Assembly: GCF_964204645.1 (NCBI RefSeq)
Contig: NC_134026.1
Span: 5,665,950 to 5,729,949, forward strand
DNA: 64,000 bases
Source of the DNA: Tubulanus polymorphus
Lineage: Eukaryota > Animalia > Nemertea
Reading direction: 5' to 3'
Shown: positions 30,715-44,124 of the stretch, piece by piece
Layout: each line of letters opens with the position of its first letter
Position numbering within the stretch: position 1 is the stretch's first letter
Notes under the pieces: model-generated
What the model saw: the letters and a program-made list of their open reading frames with translations, nothing else
Database searches by the model: none
Told to the model about the DNA's origin: nothing
Translations under genes and position numbers: made by a program

Positions 30715-32590
30715 GAATAAACTGTACTATATACTATAGTGCCTACTAACTAAACTAACTAGTGCTACTCTAGTAGAGGCCTAGGGATGATCGATTTGCT
30801 CAAATTATGGAAAATGCAATAAATTTGGATTTTGGACGGGATTTATTCTTCATTCATTTTCAGCAGCTCTTGAACCGGTTTGAGAACAAATGAAGTCTTC
30901 ATTTTTCCCGTAACTAAAAGGGAATCAGAAGCAGTTGGCAAAAAGTCATCTACATCATAATCGAAAACTGAATTGAATTGAATTTCTCCACAGAATTTCT
31001 AATATCGCGCGGTCAAAACGAGAAGTGGGTAGCTCCGAGAATATCCAAATCAGGGTATCCATATCGTGGCGGTGACATTGAGGTCTCATATCCAAAGGCG
31101 GGGAATATCGTGTTGGGACGGAGCCGCGAAATAGCCATCTCGGGGAAATTATTGCATTCAATCGCTAAAACGCTTTATAAACCACGCTATTCTACAAGAT
31201 AAATTATCGTTGAGATATAAATCAATATTTACGAGTTTTTTTTAGCCACCACAACGAAGATCACCGCCGCGCGGCTCGGGTCTGACCGCCGGTAGAACGA
31301 TGCCCCGCTCTAACCTTCAAGTAATTTTCTGAATTGGCAGACCGTATTGATTAGATTTTTACGAATGCAACGCACCAGTACAAGATAATTATCTATGCAG
31401 CCACAGTCCGTGACTGCCAATTAAAAAAGATGCAATCCAGAATCAAGGTTCGTGATCTACGGAACTGGATCTATTCTCGCGGTTTTAATTATTCAAAATT
31501 CTAAATCAAGAAGGTGCAGGGTCAAGACAACTCTTACACCACGTCTTAAGTTGCTCTCCCGATTCATTTCTGTTTTTCATCGTCAGGTTTTTTATCCATA
31601 AAAAGGACCGCGTCATGAAGCAATTACATAGATTATCGGATACTCCATGAACCTATTGAGCGGTGTACCAAGCTCGGGGAATTTTCAACCTTACATATAA
31701 TATGCATCGCTATAGATTTTATAATGTAATTCCAGGGAGATGCATATTTCATGACCGAATATTACTAAGTAAGTGGGGTAATTGGTGATAGGCGGCAACC
31801 GGTTCCCGATTCAAGCCTCCGTTCACTTTTTTCTCACAATTAAAATTCCTTCAAAAAAAAGAAATTCAAGAAATTCGCAAACGACGATCGAATACCCCGC
31901 CCGCCAACGCATGAATCGGTTCGAATAAGCAAAGAAATTCGTTTATCCGCTTTGAATCTTGACCGACCGATATTAAGTTTGAAGAATTTCATTTGAACGA
32001 CCAGCTTTATTATTTTTTCATTGAAAAAGTGTTAGAAAAATATCGATAAAATCAATTGCAGGCACACAGCACCGACGGAGTTTATTCATTTTCAGGTGGT
32101 TGCGTTGTGTATCTAGTTCAACCGATAGCTAATGGATGGTTGATACATATATTGGATTTATATATGTACAAAATGCGAATGTTGGCGACTGAGAGATCGA
32201 CTTCATTTCATACAAAAAGTCACAGTTTGAAGGATGTGTTGGGATACGGCGACGGTGTTTTAAAACTCAACCGGTTGAATGGGAAACTGAAACGACGTGT
32301 GTGTCAACAGCTTGCGATTGGTATATATTGGTAATTGAGAGATGTGATGAGTGGCGCATTCACAATCCGAAGTCTCGCCTGGTTTGAATTCAACTGCTAA
32401 TTGATGATAAGTGCATTATTGACATTTGATAACTCGGTACTTAAAAATTGAAGTGAATATTTTTTTCTACAGTTTATGCTCGTTTAAGTTGCCTCACCAA
32501 GGTACTCTTAACCGCGTTAATCGATGCGCGCCCATATCACACAATTTGGGTGTTTTGTAATATGCTATTTATTGGAATATACTGTCAACG

Positions 32591-35500
32591 ATGAATAAGG
32601 CGCCACATAGGCAACAGAACGGAGTCAAGCCACCCGTCCGCACGGATACTCGCGATGACACCATTACGACTTCAGAAGACGAACAACTCGATCTTATAGT
32701 GACCATCAACGTCGGCGGTCGTCGATTTGAATCTACAGTCCGGACGTTGCGAGCGATTCCGCACTCCAAGTTAGCCAGTCTGACACCGCATCACGAGAGC
32801 TACAGACCGGACAAAAAGGAATACTTCTTCGACAGAAGCGAAGATATATTTCGGGCGGTTTTGGACTATCATCGTACCGGTGAATTTCATTTGCCGCTCT
32901 CCATCTGCGGTCCTGCGGCCAGACGAGAGCTGGACTTCTGGGGAATGCACGATGCGGATATAGAATTATGTTGCATAGGACATTACCAGTCATTCCAATC
33001 GCAGAAGACGAGCTTATATACATTCAGTGAGGCGTTGAAAATCTTGGCAACCGACGCGAAACCGGCGCCAAATACAAACTTTCAAGGTCGTATTTGGAAT
33101 ATTTTGGACCACCCGAGGTCATCGACTTTGGCTATGGTTAGTATGGCATCATCATTGATTATTCAAAAGCAAGAAAAATTCCTATCATTATCATTTATCA
33201 GTGAGAATATTACAGCCAATAGTGCACTCTCACACCACAGCTTGTCTTGTCTTGCTCCCTGTTCTGATGAAGGCAATATGGGTTTGCCGAAACATGTCAA
33301 CACTAGTTTTTGTATATACGTAATTATAACCAAAAATATCTAAACCTGTTCGCCTTGGCGTTTCTTTTTACTATCGAAACTCAACACGTATTTCACAACC
33401 GCAATATCATCATTTTCATCATTACTATTTGAGGCGAATTAAAGGTTTTTATTACGACGCAGCCATGGACTCAGCATTATATAGATTTGGAATTACGTTT
33501 TGTAAAAATCAGATGTTCCAATCGACTCAAAATCAGGTTATTTCATTTAGCGGAAAAATACAGCTTCGATAACATCTTAAGAACTCAAGGACCCTCGAAC
33601 GAAATTCTAACCGCTTGAATTTTATACATAAAAATCAAGTCAGATTTGTTCCTTCGGTAATCCTGGTACATGAAAACAAGCTACCACCAGGCCCTTAACA
33701 TCAGATGTTTTGAAATTCAAACACACTCAGGAAACTTTACGTCGACTCCGACGTTTATAGGCAACGTAGAAAGCAAATCGGGTCAGTCAATAATGGTTAA
33801 TTTATTTGTAGTTGCTAGTATGCGCCGGTGACAGAAATAGGTAGCCCACAATAGCCGCTTTTGTTCACTTAATGACGTGTTTCAATTTTGACTAAATAAT
33901 CTCGGAAGAATCGATAGACCAGTCGCCTTGTTCAGGAAATATAAATCGCAATACCTACGCATTTGACTAACGCTTTTTACAAACAACTAAAATAGCATTA
34001 ATAGTTTTAAATTGATTTCTGTGTAGTACCTTACCGAACAATCAGCCGTGTCCAAAATTGAACGAAATAAATAAAAATGTAGGAGGCAGAGAATTCAGAA
34101 TTGGGGGGTTCTGGGTTTTGTTTTAAAAATGAGCGCAAATTATCGCAACAATGGGGACCTCGAGGGACCGCCACAAAATGGCGCCTAGAAACTAGAAACT
34201 TCTTTATTATGTCATATTTCAACGGGCGAATTTTCACAATGAAAACCTCACGGAAAAGTCCGTTAGATATTTTTTTCTTTTTCAAAAATGAACACAGTTA
34301 TGCTAGGCAATTCCAGTTTTATCTCACGCATTCGAGTATAGATTCAAAGTGTCCTTGGCAAACATCGATTTCAAATTCAAGAGGGCGGAGAGAAATCGGG
34401 TTTCACCTTTTCCATTATTCTTAAGAACTTGTTTTCGTTATGAAAATTGTTTGCTTTGTAGAATCTAAAAGCCGAACTTGGCTTTACATTGTCTAAAGGT
34501 ATTAGTCGAAATCGATTCGAAATGTAAGGGTATCCTTCAAATCATGCTACGGGGATGATATTGATTTTAAGAATGTTCGAAGAAAATGTATCAAAATATA
34601 TCATGACTTATGAATTCCTCATCAAAATCTGATAATATTAACTTCAGATCTGCAATGTGTTTATAATCAATTCATTTTCAATCTTTTAGGTTTACGCAAT
34701 AATATCCATTATGGTCATCTCGATGTCGATATTTTCGTTGATTTTATCCAGCCATCGACGATTTCGCATCGGCCTCAGTCTGGAGGAGAGAGCCCTGATG
34801 CACGGTATCACCGCGCAGGAGTATCGCCTGTACAAACTGAACCTCACGACTCCGGCCGAAAAGCTCCGGGTTGAACGCGCCATGGAAGTCAGAGAGGGCG
34901 ATACGTTCGATACACAAACCAAAGAGTTTCACGACTTTATATACGTCGATATAATATGTCAAGCATTCTTCACCATCGAGTTTATCGTTCGTCTCGTTTT
35001 CTGTCCGCGTAAACTTCGCTTTTTGTCCAGCATGCTGAACGTCGTCGACTTTTTATCGTTGCTCCCACCCTACATCAAATGGACAGTGATCGCTATAGAT
35101 CCCGGTAAACGGCACGACGCGGCGTTTTTACACGGTATAAACGCGGTTCAAGTGATACGAGTACTACGATTAGCTCGCCTGACGAAGCATTACCGCGGCA
35201 TGATGGTCATCATGTATACGATCAAAGCGAGCTCGCAGGAGATCATATTGACGTTCGTGTTCGTTACGATGGGTGTACTCGTATTCGGATGTTCCATATA
35301 CTACGCCGAGGACACTTTAGATAGTAAATTCACGGACATCCCGAAGAGTTTCTGGTGGGCAATTATCACCATGACGACCGTCGGATACGGGGATATGTAC
35401 CCGAAGAGTGCCTGGGGATACGTGATAGGGTCCACTTGCGCGTTGTCCGGCGTCATGGTCATTGCTCTTACAGTTCCGGTAGTTGTGAATAATTTTATGA

Positions 35501-36045
35501 TGTTCTACGGACATTCGCAAATTGTTCTCGCTCATCAGGAACGCCCGGCGTCCCGGATGCGGAGACTGATTAACAAATGCAAGAAACACACCGACGCGTT
35601 TACTCGGAGAAATAAGATAAGCGCAACTTTGGATGGAAATATGTCGAAGGATTGTATGGTTGTCGAGGTACAGCCGACCAGGAATCAACCCGCTCTTCTG
35701 AATTACGTCCCGACTAAAGAAGAGATGAAGGTCATCTCCAAAAGTAAACATCTCATCGAATCGGCAAAATTGAGTATGGTTGATTTAAGCAGTACGGCTC
35801 GTAGGGCTCAGCAACCGAAAGGACCAGGCTATATCCCGGCTCAGCGAAGAACGATCCAGAACGCGAGCAGTGACGCGCCAGCGGAAACGACTGTCATCGA
35901 GATACAGGAAATGACGTCAATACAGTCTGAAACTGAAAACTCCGACGAAAACGGAACCAATCAAACGCAGAGTGAAAAACGTCGTAAGCAAACTGTTCAA
36001 ACGCAAACCCCTCAACAAACACGAAAAAAGCCTTGGGTTCACTGA
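32591..36045 (+). CDS. Voltage-gated K+ channel, Shaw/Kv3-like, 2 coding exons, about 633 aa
   Basis: Exons 32591-33136 and 34690-36045; T1 domain INVGGRRFE, EYFFDR, HX5CX20CC zinc motif (HLPLSIC..CC); S4 IRVLRLARLTKH; pore FWWAIITMTTVGYGD; S6 IALTVPVVVNNF. Confidence 0.92.
33260..33302 (+). ncRNA. Minimal type I hammerhead ribozyme (Penelope/retrozyme type) in the Kv intron
   Basis: TGTT-CTGATGA-A-GGCAA-TATGGGT-TTGCC-GAAA-CATG-TC-AACA: complete core, 5-bp stem II, palindromic helix III ACATGT, GUC triplet (C33298), 4-bp stem I TGTT/AACA. Confidence 0.7.
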
Positions 36046-36120
36046 CATACGCGTTCATCTTCTTACGATTTTGACCCGGTTGCACTTGTTATGAGTTAAG
36101 CTCATCGCTTAAGTTAGAAA

Positions 36121-36278
36121 CAGGGCCGTATCTAGCATTTGGATTTTCTTTTCTTTTTTTTCTGGCAGAGAAACCCGAAGAAGGGCAGTTCTATTGGATA
36201 TAACAATAATATTTGCTATTTGCAAAAGCTAGGATCCTTTCCAAAATTTCGGGGGCGGCCCCGCTAGGTACGGCCCTG
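36121..36278. mobile_element. hAT-like MITE (CAGGG termini)
   Basis: CAGGGCCGTATCTAGC / GCTAGGTACGGCCCTG; no clean TSD. Confidence 0.55.
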
Positions 36279-36778
36279 GAATAAGTTATTTTTCAGTTGT
36301 AAAATATGTTTCTCATTGATATTCTAACCATGTATAGTGTTGATTTTTTGTCTAAAATCGGTTGATAAGATTAGAAGCCGACAAAAGCGGAAGAAGAAAA
36401 CATGTTGGTGGCCCAACTGAATGGAAACATCAGACGAATGAATACTCCAAAAATATGAAAAAGACTCCTACCGGGTACATTATTTATATTCACACATTTA
36501 ATAAGCCGTATGTCATACAGTCGCTCAATGATTATTTTTAAAAACTGGGGAACGAACACATATCTTCGTAATGTTGTAAAATGTGTCGAAAACCTTGATA
36601 CAAAACATTATTATTAATCTGACGAAACGATAATTTAATCTCTGAGAGTGTATCATTGTTGACCAGTATTTGTTAGTATGTATTTAGAAAGATCACCACG
36701 GAGAAAAATGCACGCGCGCGCACACACCACGACACTCACACAACACGACGACAAATAGTCTATATACAGTATAAAGCC

Positions 36779-37041
36779 CAGAGGCGGATCCAGGAACATA
36801 GGAAGGCCGGGCTCCAGAAAGAAAGGGACGGCATTTCTCGGATAAAGCAGCCACGTCAAAGACCACAAGTGAGACCCCGCCCTCGGTGTTAAGATATTTT
36901 ATATACATCGTAAAGATCCAAACCCTTATAGGATGAGTATCAAGTTTAGAGGTTTCAACTATCTCTGTCTTGACGAAAACGGCAATCTCAATGGGAAGGC
37001 AGGGTTTGAACCACCGTGACAACCCCTTAAATCCGCCCCTG
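36779..37041. mobile_element. hAT-like MITE
   Basis: CAGAGGCGGATCCAGG / CCTTAAATCCGCCCCTG termini. Confidence 0.5.
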
Positions 37042-37051
37042 GAGCCTCCAG

Positions 37052-37232
37052 GGGCGAACTCTTTTATCAGATCGGAGAATCCGTTTGCCTCCAATCGTAC
37101 TCTTTTATTGGTCACGTGACTTTTTGGAGTCTCCGAAACCTCCTTTCTGTCGAGGTGGTGTGATTCGGATTTTGTGTGGAGCCAACCGGAGATTTCGGAC
37201 GGAGACTTCGGAGGTCATAAAAGAGTACGCCC
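37052..37232. mobile_element. Harbinger-like MITE with 3-bp TSD
   Basis: TIR GGGCGAACTCTTTTAT / ATAAAAGAGTACGCCC; CAG on both flanks. Confidence 0.7.
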
Positions 37233-37464
37233 CAGTAACACCGGTTCAGAGATCATGATAAATAAACATTAATAATGGCCTAATAACAAGATCTGTTGAT
37301 AGATGAGTACTGCGTCAACGCACAAAATCGCCATAATTTTCGAATTAAATAAAAATATACTACAAGAACGGCGTCATGATCCAATATAATACATTTTTCT
37401 TATCTCAAACCTTTGAACGACCGCCCTCGACGCCACCCGCCCTTGTACTGATTTATCTACGCGT

Positions 37465-39896
37465 TCAGACCCCGGCTGATTGTTTGTGGGCGACGTATTT
37501 GTCTGGAAGCTCTAACAATTTTCGTTTCACCATCAAAGGCGTACACGGCATCTGACTCAACCGAGAATTAGTAGATTCGTCAAGCTGTTCGAATACATTC
37601 AATAAATCCAAAATGGCCGATAAACTCTCGGCGACTGTATCATGGAACTGAGATATCTTTGTTTCCATGTATTTTACGTGTTTTAAAGCGTATTGTACGT
37701 CCAACGCCACCTTATTCGAGACCCACTTGCGATTTTGTAAATCCGACACCTGGAAAAATTAAATCATACATGATCGTGATTAAGACACTAGATATCAATC
37801 ATACTTTTGGTGTCAAACTGCATTCATCACGATAAACAGAAATCTCTATGACTGTGAATCAGTAATAATAATAAAATAATAATATCTCTTACAATATGAT
37901 TTCTTATAATATATAATATTCAAGGACAATGGGCAAGCCGGGAGGCTGCACTCGATAGGACGGATAGTACTTATATAATAGGTTAATTAGTTTATTCGAG
38001 ATATGAGCTTTCGCTACTAATCCATAGTAACTACTAATACCTTCAAAATAAACTAGTTAACCTATTAAGTATCTATCCGTCTTAACATTTTAACACCCAA
38101 GTTAAAACCTATGGCAGTATGGTACGGTAGCGACAAGAACAACCTAAGTTCAAACATTGATATCAAATGAACTATCAAATTTAAAACAAAAATGTAATAC
38201 CTTTAATAAACAGAAAATTAGAAAACATAATGATTTATGCATTCAAAGTTTTTAAGTTTTCATTACCTCTTCTAGTTTCTTGATAGATTTATCCATGCGT
38301 TTGCCAACCTGGGGCGGTAGTTCATTACGTATACCGTTAATCCAATCTTTCATCATTTTCTCCATTTCTATCGAATCATCCATCATCGTCGTCAGTTTCT
38401 TCAACCGGAAATGACGTGTTACGGTCGCTAACGTTGGTCGCGCCTAAGATATATCAAAGATGGATTACATTTCTTTAAATGTTATTTGAAGATGGGCCGG
38501 TCGAGTGATAACTACATACCCCTTGGAGTAAGCAGCCTAATTATTTTCAGGTGACAAAGAATAATTGCATATATACCTTTTCTGAGTTAATCTCTTTGTC
38601 GAGGGCTTTTAGATAATATTTTCTTATGACACCGACGGTCTCTTCTTGAGCTACTATAGCTCCCTCTAGTGGAGGCATTTTACCAGCTAAGCTCTGATAT
38701 GTACACTTCATCAAAGCATCTTCTTCGTCCGCCTTCCGTGGATTTCGTCCTCCACTGCCCTGAATTATATTCATAGAATATTCATTGAAACAACATTCGT
38801 TTGAAATGACCATGGGAAATTTAAAAAAACACATTTTGTGAACCCCTAGTGCCAAACGCCCACGACGCACAGAAATACGGAAACAGGAGGCAGTCACATT
38901 GAGGTGATTCCGAGCGTTTCCCTATGTCGTGTGCGTTTTATAAGAAATATGTTTTCGAGATCGAACATGTTTGATTGTGTTCTGTGTTTCCCTGCGCCGT
39001 GTGCGCAATAATTCTCAATAATCTCAAAAAATAACTCACGACCTGAACTTTTACGCAGTAATATAACGATATTCATTGGCGAAAAAAACAATCCACTGAT
39101 GAAATAATCCGAAGCACTTCCCAATTCTTTTACGCAAGATATATCTAAGTCCAAAATCCAACTGTATTGATGAACTCACTCATCACGACTAACCACGATT
39201 TACACGGTGACTATAGCATTGCTACTGCATGCAAATGTGGGATAGATTCTGTATGTTTTTGCAATTATTAAAGCTTCTTGCAGCTGTTTCAATGTTTTTT
39301 ATTCTCGATAAATATCAATCAATATTTCCAATTCAATCGTCTGGGGATGGTGGCGGCGGCGGTTAAAGATTGTGCAATCACGGATGCTCATTCAGCAGTG
39401 TATAAGTTTGAACGAATATCTATAATTCTAAATCCTAAGTCGTTAGAAGGAACGATTTTAGTATTAACAAAGCTCTTATACTATTTAAACGTACATGTTT
39501 TGATCTTAAAACAGGGATTGACCCTGTTATCTATTTGATTGGTATATTTCGTTTGTTTTGTTTTGATTTGGTGTCCCTTACAAACCCACCACACCTAGCG
39601 GGAGCGAACAGGGGATTTGATTTTGAAATCGGAAATCGAAGTACAAGTATAGTTGCGTGATCAGCGGTCGAATTTACTTAAAAATAATTCTAACCGCCAC
39701 CAGAAAAACTATTCCTGGCAAATTATCAGCCGTTATATTCATAGCAGGAAAGTCATTTGCTTCTTCGTGCAAAACATCCATTTCTATTACTTACCAATTT
39801 TTGGGGCTCGATGGGTCCCGATAATTCATCGGTAAGTTGAAAATCGAAGGCCTCGTTCAGAAAAGATGCGCCCATCTTCCGACATTTTTTCATCAT
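37465..39896 (-). CDS. Unidentified predicted helical/coiled-coil protein
   Basis: Three phase-0 exons 38759-38577, 38443-38267, 37749-37465 with AG/GT ends give a continuous ORF (GSGGRNPRK..ARPTLATVTRHFRLKKL..VSDLQNRKW..SAGV*). A probable first exon 39896-39795 (MMKKCRK..PQKL|GTAAGT) is tentative. Confidence 0.55.
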
Positions 39897-42800
39897 CTTA
39901 CAGCCCTCATTACTGTTATTACGCCGTATACCTCAACATCATTATCAATTACTCGTCGAAAACTAAATTCCATATCCTGAATGTTCGATTCACCCAATTC
40001 CGAAAAGGATTCAAAATTTTCTACACAAATTATTCATATCAATGATTTCCAACAGATAAAAACTGATACCCCATCGGAAGAGCAATTCCCTCGCTTCGTT
40101 TTGTATTCGAACACGAGTTTGGTTATTTACCCGCGGTGACATGTTTCTAACACAATTCGTATATAAATCAAAACGCCCGATTGCTGATAATGAAACTAAC
40201 TTGACATACATATGACAATGTATACTAATTACATAAGTGCGGCGTAATTAAGAAATAAAAATATATGTATGTGTGTAATGTAATATTCACCCGTGTGTTA
40301 TCATGATATGCTAGAAAATCTGAAAAAATACCTGTGACGTAGAATCTGACGAGCGAATGGATGTATCCATTCTGTCGAGTTCGAAGGATGAACCGTAGGC
40401 AAAACACGAGTTACACTGCGTTTAAAAAGCAATCAGCAAAAATCTTAACTATTTAATAACATGTAAATGTTTAAATGTATTGAAGTTGATTGAATGAAGA
40501 TTTCGAATATTAGTTCTGTATTGATTTCATACGGGTCAAACACAGATATCCGATTATGACTGGCATCTCGGGCACCACATGGTTTAAACAGTTGGTGTTG
40601 AGTTTATGCAATGCAACAAACGTTACGTAAAATTGACCTAATGTTGGGAATGATATTTCTGGGGAACACACGAATTGCGACGGATGTGTGGCCGGCTTTC
40701 CGATCAGTGCCTTTTCAATTTTGAGAGGATGGTTATTATGAGGCAAAAGAATAAAGTGATTATCGTGTTAATTAATTATTAGTAACTCTTTACCTGTGTT
40801 TGACCCATATTAAAGTTATATCACTTCACCAAGATAAGCGAATGTTCATTCCTTCTAGAGGCTCAAACGTATCCAATCGTGTTACTGAATTCTCGCGAGA
40901 CAAAAGAAAATCTAACTGTGCGTTGCCTTCTTCGGCAGTAGTGAAATTTGCTGTTTAAAATGTCGCAACAGCTATATAAGCAACGAGGGGAAATTAAATT
41001 TAAAAGCGACGACATAAAATCCTAGCTGATGATAGAAAACAGGTGTTCAAACGCGATGTACATGCATCTGAATACTGAATTATAATAGATATTACTATCA
41101 AATATGAGGTTCATTGTGAAAAACTATAATACGACAGATCGCTTGTATTCAATGATAAGAGCATAAAGTCTATTTAAAATTTTCTCATAAATTTGATTTT
41201 CGACTCAGTATGGGTATAACGACTTCAATCGCATCCCGCAAAATATTCTTTAATATAAACGGCCGCCCGATCCGTGCGAAGTTATGGCAAAGTACTAAGT
41301 TGGAATATAGCGCGCAAACATTATGCAAATTCACTTGAAATCCAATTTTGACACTAATCCGACCTTATCGACTATATATGCATATCATCCATCCGAGATA
41401 ATTCAAATATAAATTCAAATTTTACTATCTAATCAAGAATCATCAAATAAAAAATTCCTACTTCACTTGTATCACTTTTTATGCAGCATACACATACCAT
41501 ATCTGTAATATCTGAAGGTAATTCGTCCTCGCTTTGTCCTCTTTGATTAGCGAATGATGACCTCGGTACCTCTGACATCAATGGCGTCCAGAGCATGTGC
41601 TGTGATTTCACTACCCTCGGAAATCCGGGCATTTTTATGTTTTTATGTATGTTTACCTTTTCGTCGAATCAAAATTCAAATTCAAGCTGCACAAATTCTC
41701 TGCGTATCAAAGCGCGCATGTGTGATGAATTATTTCGTGACAATCAAGCTGGTACATTATAAGTATGTACATATTCCCGCATACTAGCTTTTGCCACCTT
41801 GTCGGATCCACTCTTCAGTAATCAACTGTTCGCAACGTTAAAAGAATCCAGTCGTAAGTCATGTGGAAGATGACTAATTTTGTCATTAGTACATGAGGCG
41901 AGCAATTCAAAGATCCATTCAGCGTCTTATTCAGTGCTGGTTATATATATAATATATATATATATTGTTCCAAGATTTGTATAAGTAAATCATATATGCG
42001 TGTTCCGAATATTTCATTCCAACAGCAGCTGGCTTTTTGGTTCATATATATCTTTTTTACATAATCCGAATGCATCCGAATTTTAGCTCAACTAGATATA
42101 TTCATATATACATATACCGCAGCCTAATTCTATTAACTTCCGCTGGAGCTTCCCGTTATTTGATATACCGGTATCAATGATCATATACCACCACTCTACC
42201 AGATTACCCTTGCCATTACGATTCAGTTACGGCGTGCCCGTCTCGTCGTCGAATTCGAGATCGCGTTCCCGTACCAGACTCACACACTATGAATTCATGT
42301 GAACATTTGCATGCAAGATATGAACTGTGAGATTATTTGTCATATGAGAGAAGCACCCGATGGTGCAGCAGGTGTTCCCAATCAATTTCCAATACGCAAG
42401 AGGAAGTGACTTATATTTTACTATGTTTCTCTCTACCCCTGCCCTGCAACAGCTTGCCTTTTATATAACCTTTTTGATGTTCAATCGATGTTCTTATATA
42501 CATTTCAAGCACTATTCATTAACTCTAGATGAAAATATAAAACCATTAGAATTAAATACAAAATTGGCTGTCCATATAAAAGATTATCCATCGAACTGTC
42601 CATTTAATTCATTCTTCTATCACTGAAAAAATTCTAATTGGTCGATATAATTGATCGGTACTGAAATGGACACTCAAGCCAAGCGATTAATTTAATAGTT
42701 TCCTAGCGCAGTCACCGCGGGAAAGTAACCTTGAACGTTTTGATAGGGGTATTTATATGATGGTAACACATGACTTTTAATACATCGTTGAATTTAACTA

Positions 42801-44124
42801 ACAAATCACAATCTAAACCTAAACATATGTTACGAACTAGACATACTCACTAACACCTAAATAAATTACACTCACTATTACGTAGGTTACCGTAAATCAT
42901 TTGATTTATCCGATTGATTCTTCAATATTATATATTCCCATTTTTAAACTGAAATTGATACTTCGATATATTCATCCCAATCAGGCTGTTACGTATCGTC
43001 TGTGTCGTCTCGGCACCGGACGGTGATATAGCTGAGCCGTGTACATCCACACCACAGACTACACCGGGGCTACTAATAATAATTTCGGATTCAGGAGACA
43101 AGCGGCCAGTTATTTCAGTACCGTTCGCGGCTGGACTATACAGTCCCGATGAAATTGTTCCTAGCGGTAGATCGATACGATAGGATTTATACAGAGACAG
43201 CTGTTATGACTGGATCGGTGACATTACATTGATAATTAACGATATTACAATATTGCAAATCTAGCTTCCTTTGTATAAACTTTGTACACCTGAGCTATAC
43301 AGAAAAAGAACGTCACCAAATTTTGAGAATGTTCAATCATTTTTTCCACAGTACGCAACCGAATAAATGAATTCAGGCAAAATATATATATATATATGGT
43401 TATGATTTTCATCGAAATAGAAATAATGATTTCTAAAATTTACGAACGCTTTTAGGGACACCATTCAACGTGAGACGATTGAATTAAAAACTTACTTTCG
43501 ACAGATTTTTCGGTATTGTCATTGTGACTCTCTCGTAGTCTCGCTGAACCGTTCAATCGGCTTTTTATCGGGTAGAGCAGACAAGATATTCTTCGACTAT
43601 TTTCACCAGCATTAGGTGATATCAAAACACGAGTCACATATACGTGAACCCATGAAGCTACATATATATTCAGCTCTCACATGTCATTTTGTATCATATG
43701 CTTAAAAATGCGTAATTCAATTTCGCATCCGATATCAATCACGCTAAAACCGCGATGTCTCGTGTTCATGTGATGTTTGTAACGCGAATTGCTGATTTAT
43801 TGCGATACAACATTCCTATACAACGTTTACATATCGTTATACCCGTATTTAAGAGTAATAAAAAAGATTTCCAATTAACCCTTTCAAACAACCCGTGAAC
43901 TTGACTCAGAAAATTATAGCTAGAAAATCCAAGAAACAAAATGACTGAGAGTTTATAGAATTATGATATCCTTTTTCTTTTAACAAAATGCCTGAAGCGT
44001 AGATTTCTCTAGAAACATTGAGATTAAGTCTAATGGAAAAAACATCAAATGCCAAAAAGAATACAGTGAGCTACTTAGATATATTTGCTGATTCGGGTGG
44101 AATGTAACATCCCTGATATACTGA

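Noticed and set aside
36043-36099. Stop-codon readthrough of the Kv gene (TGA-C)
   Set aside because: Context is not UGA-CUAG and the 17-aa extension has no recognisable motif.
38843-39010. 86-aa ORF region and GC patch in the orphan gene intron
   Set aside because: Looks like a decayed relative of the 211-507 MITE (CGTGTGCG motifs), not coding.
41780-41820. Minus-strand CTGAAGA..AAAAGCTAG hammerhead-like text
   Set aside because: GAAA core and stem II are missing.
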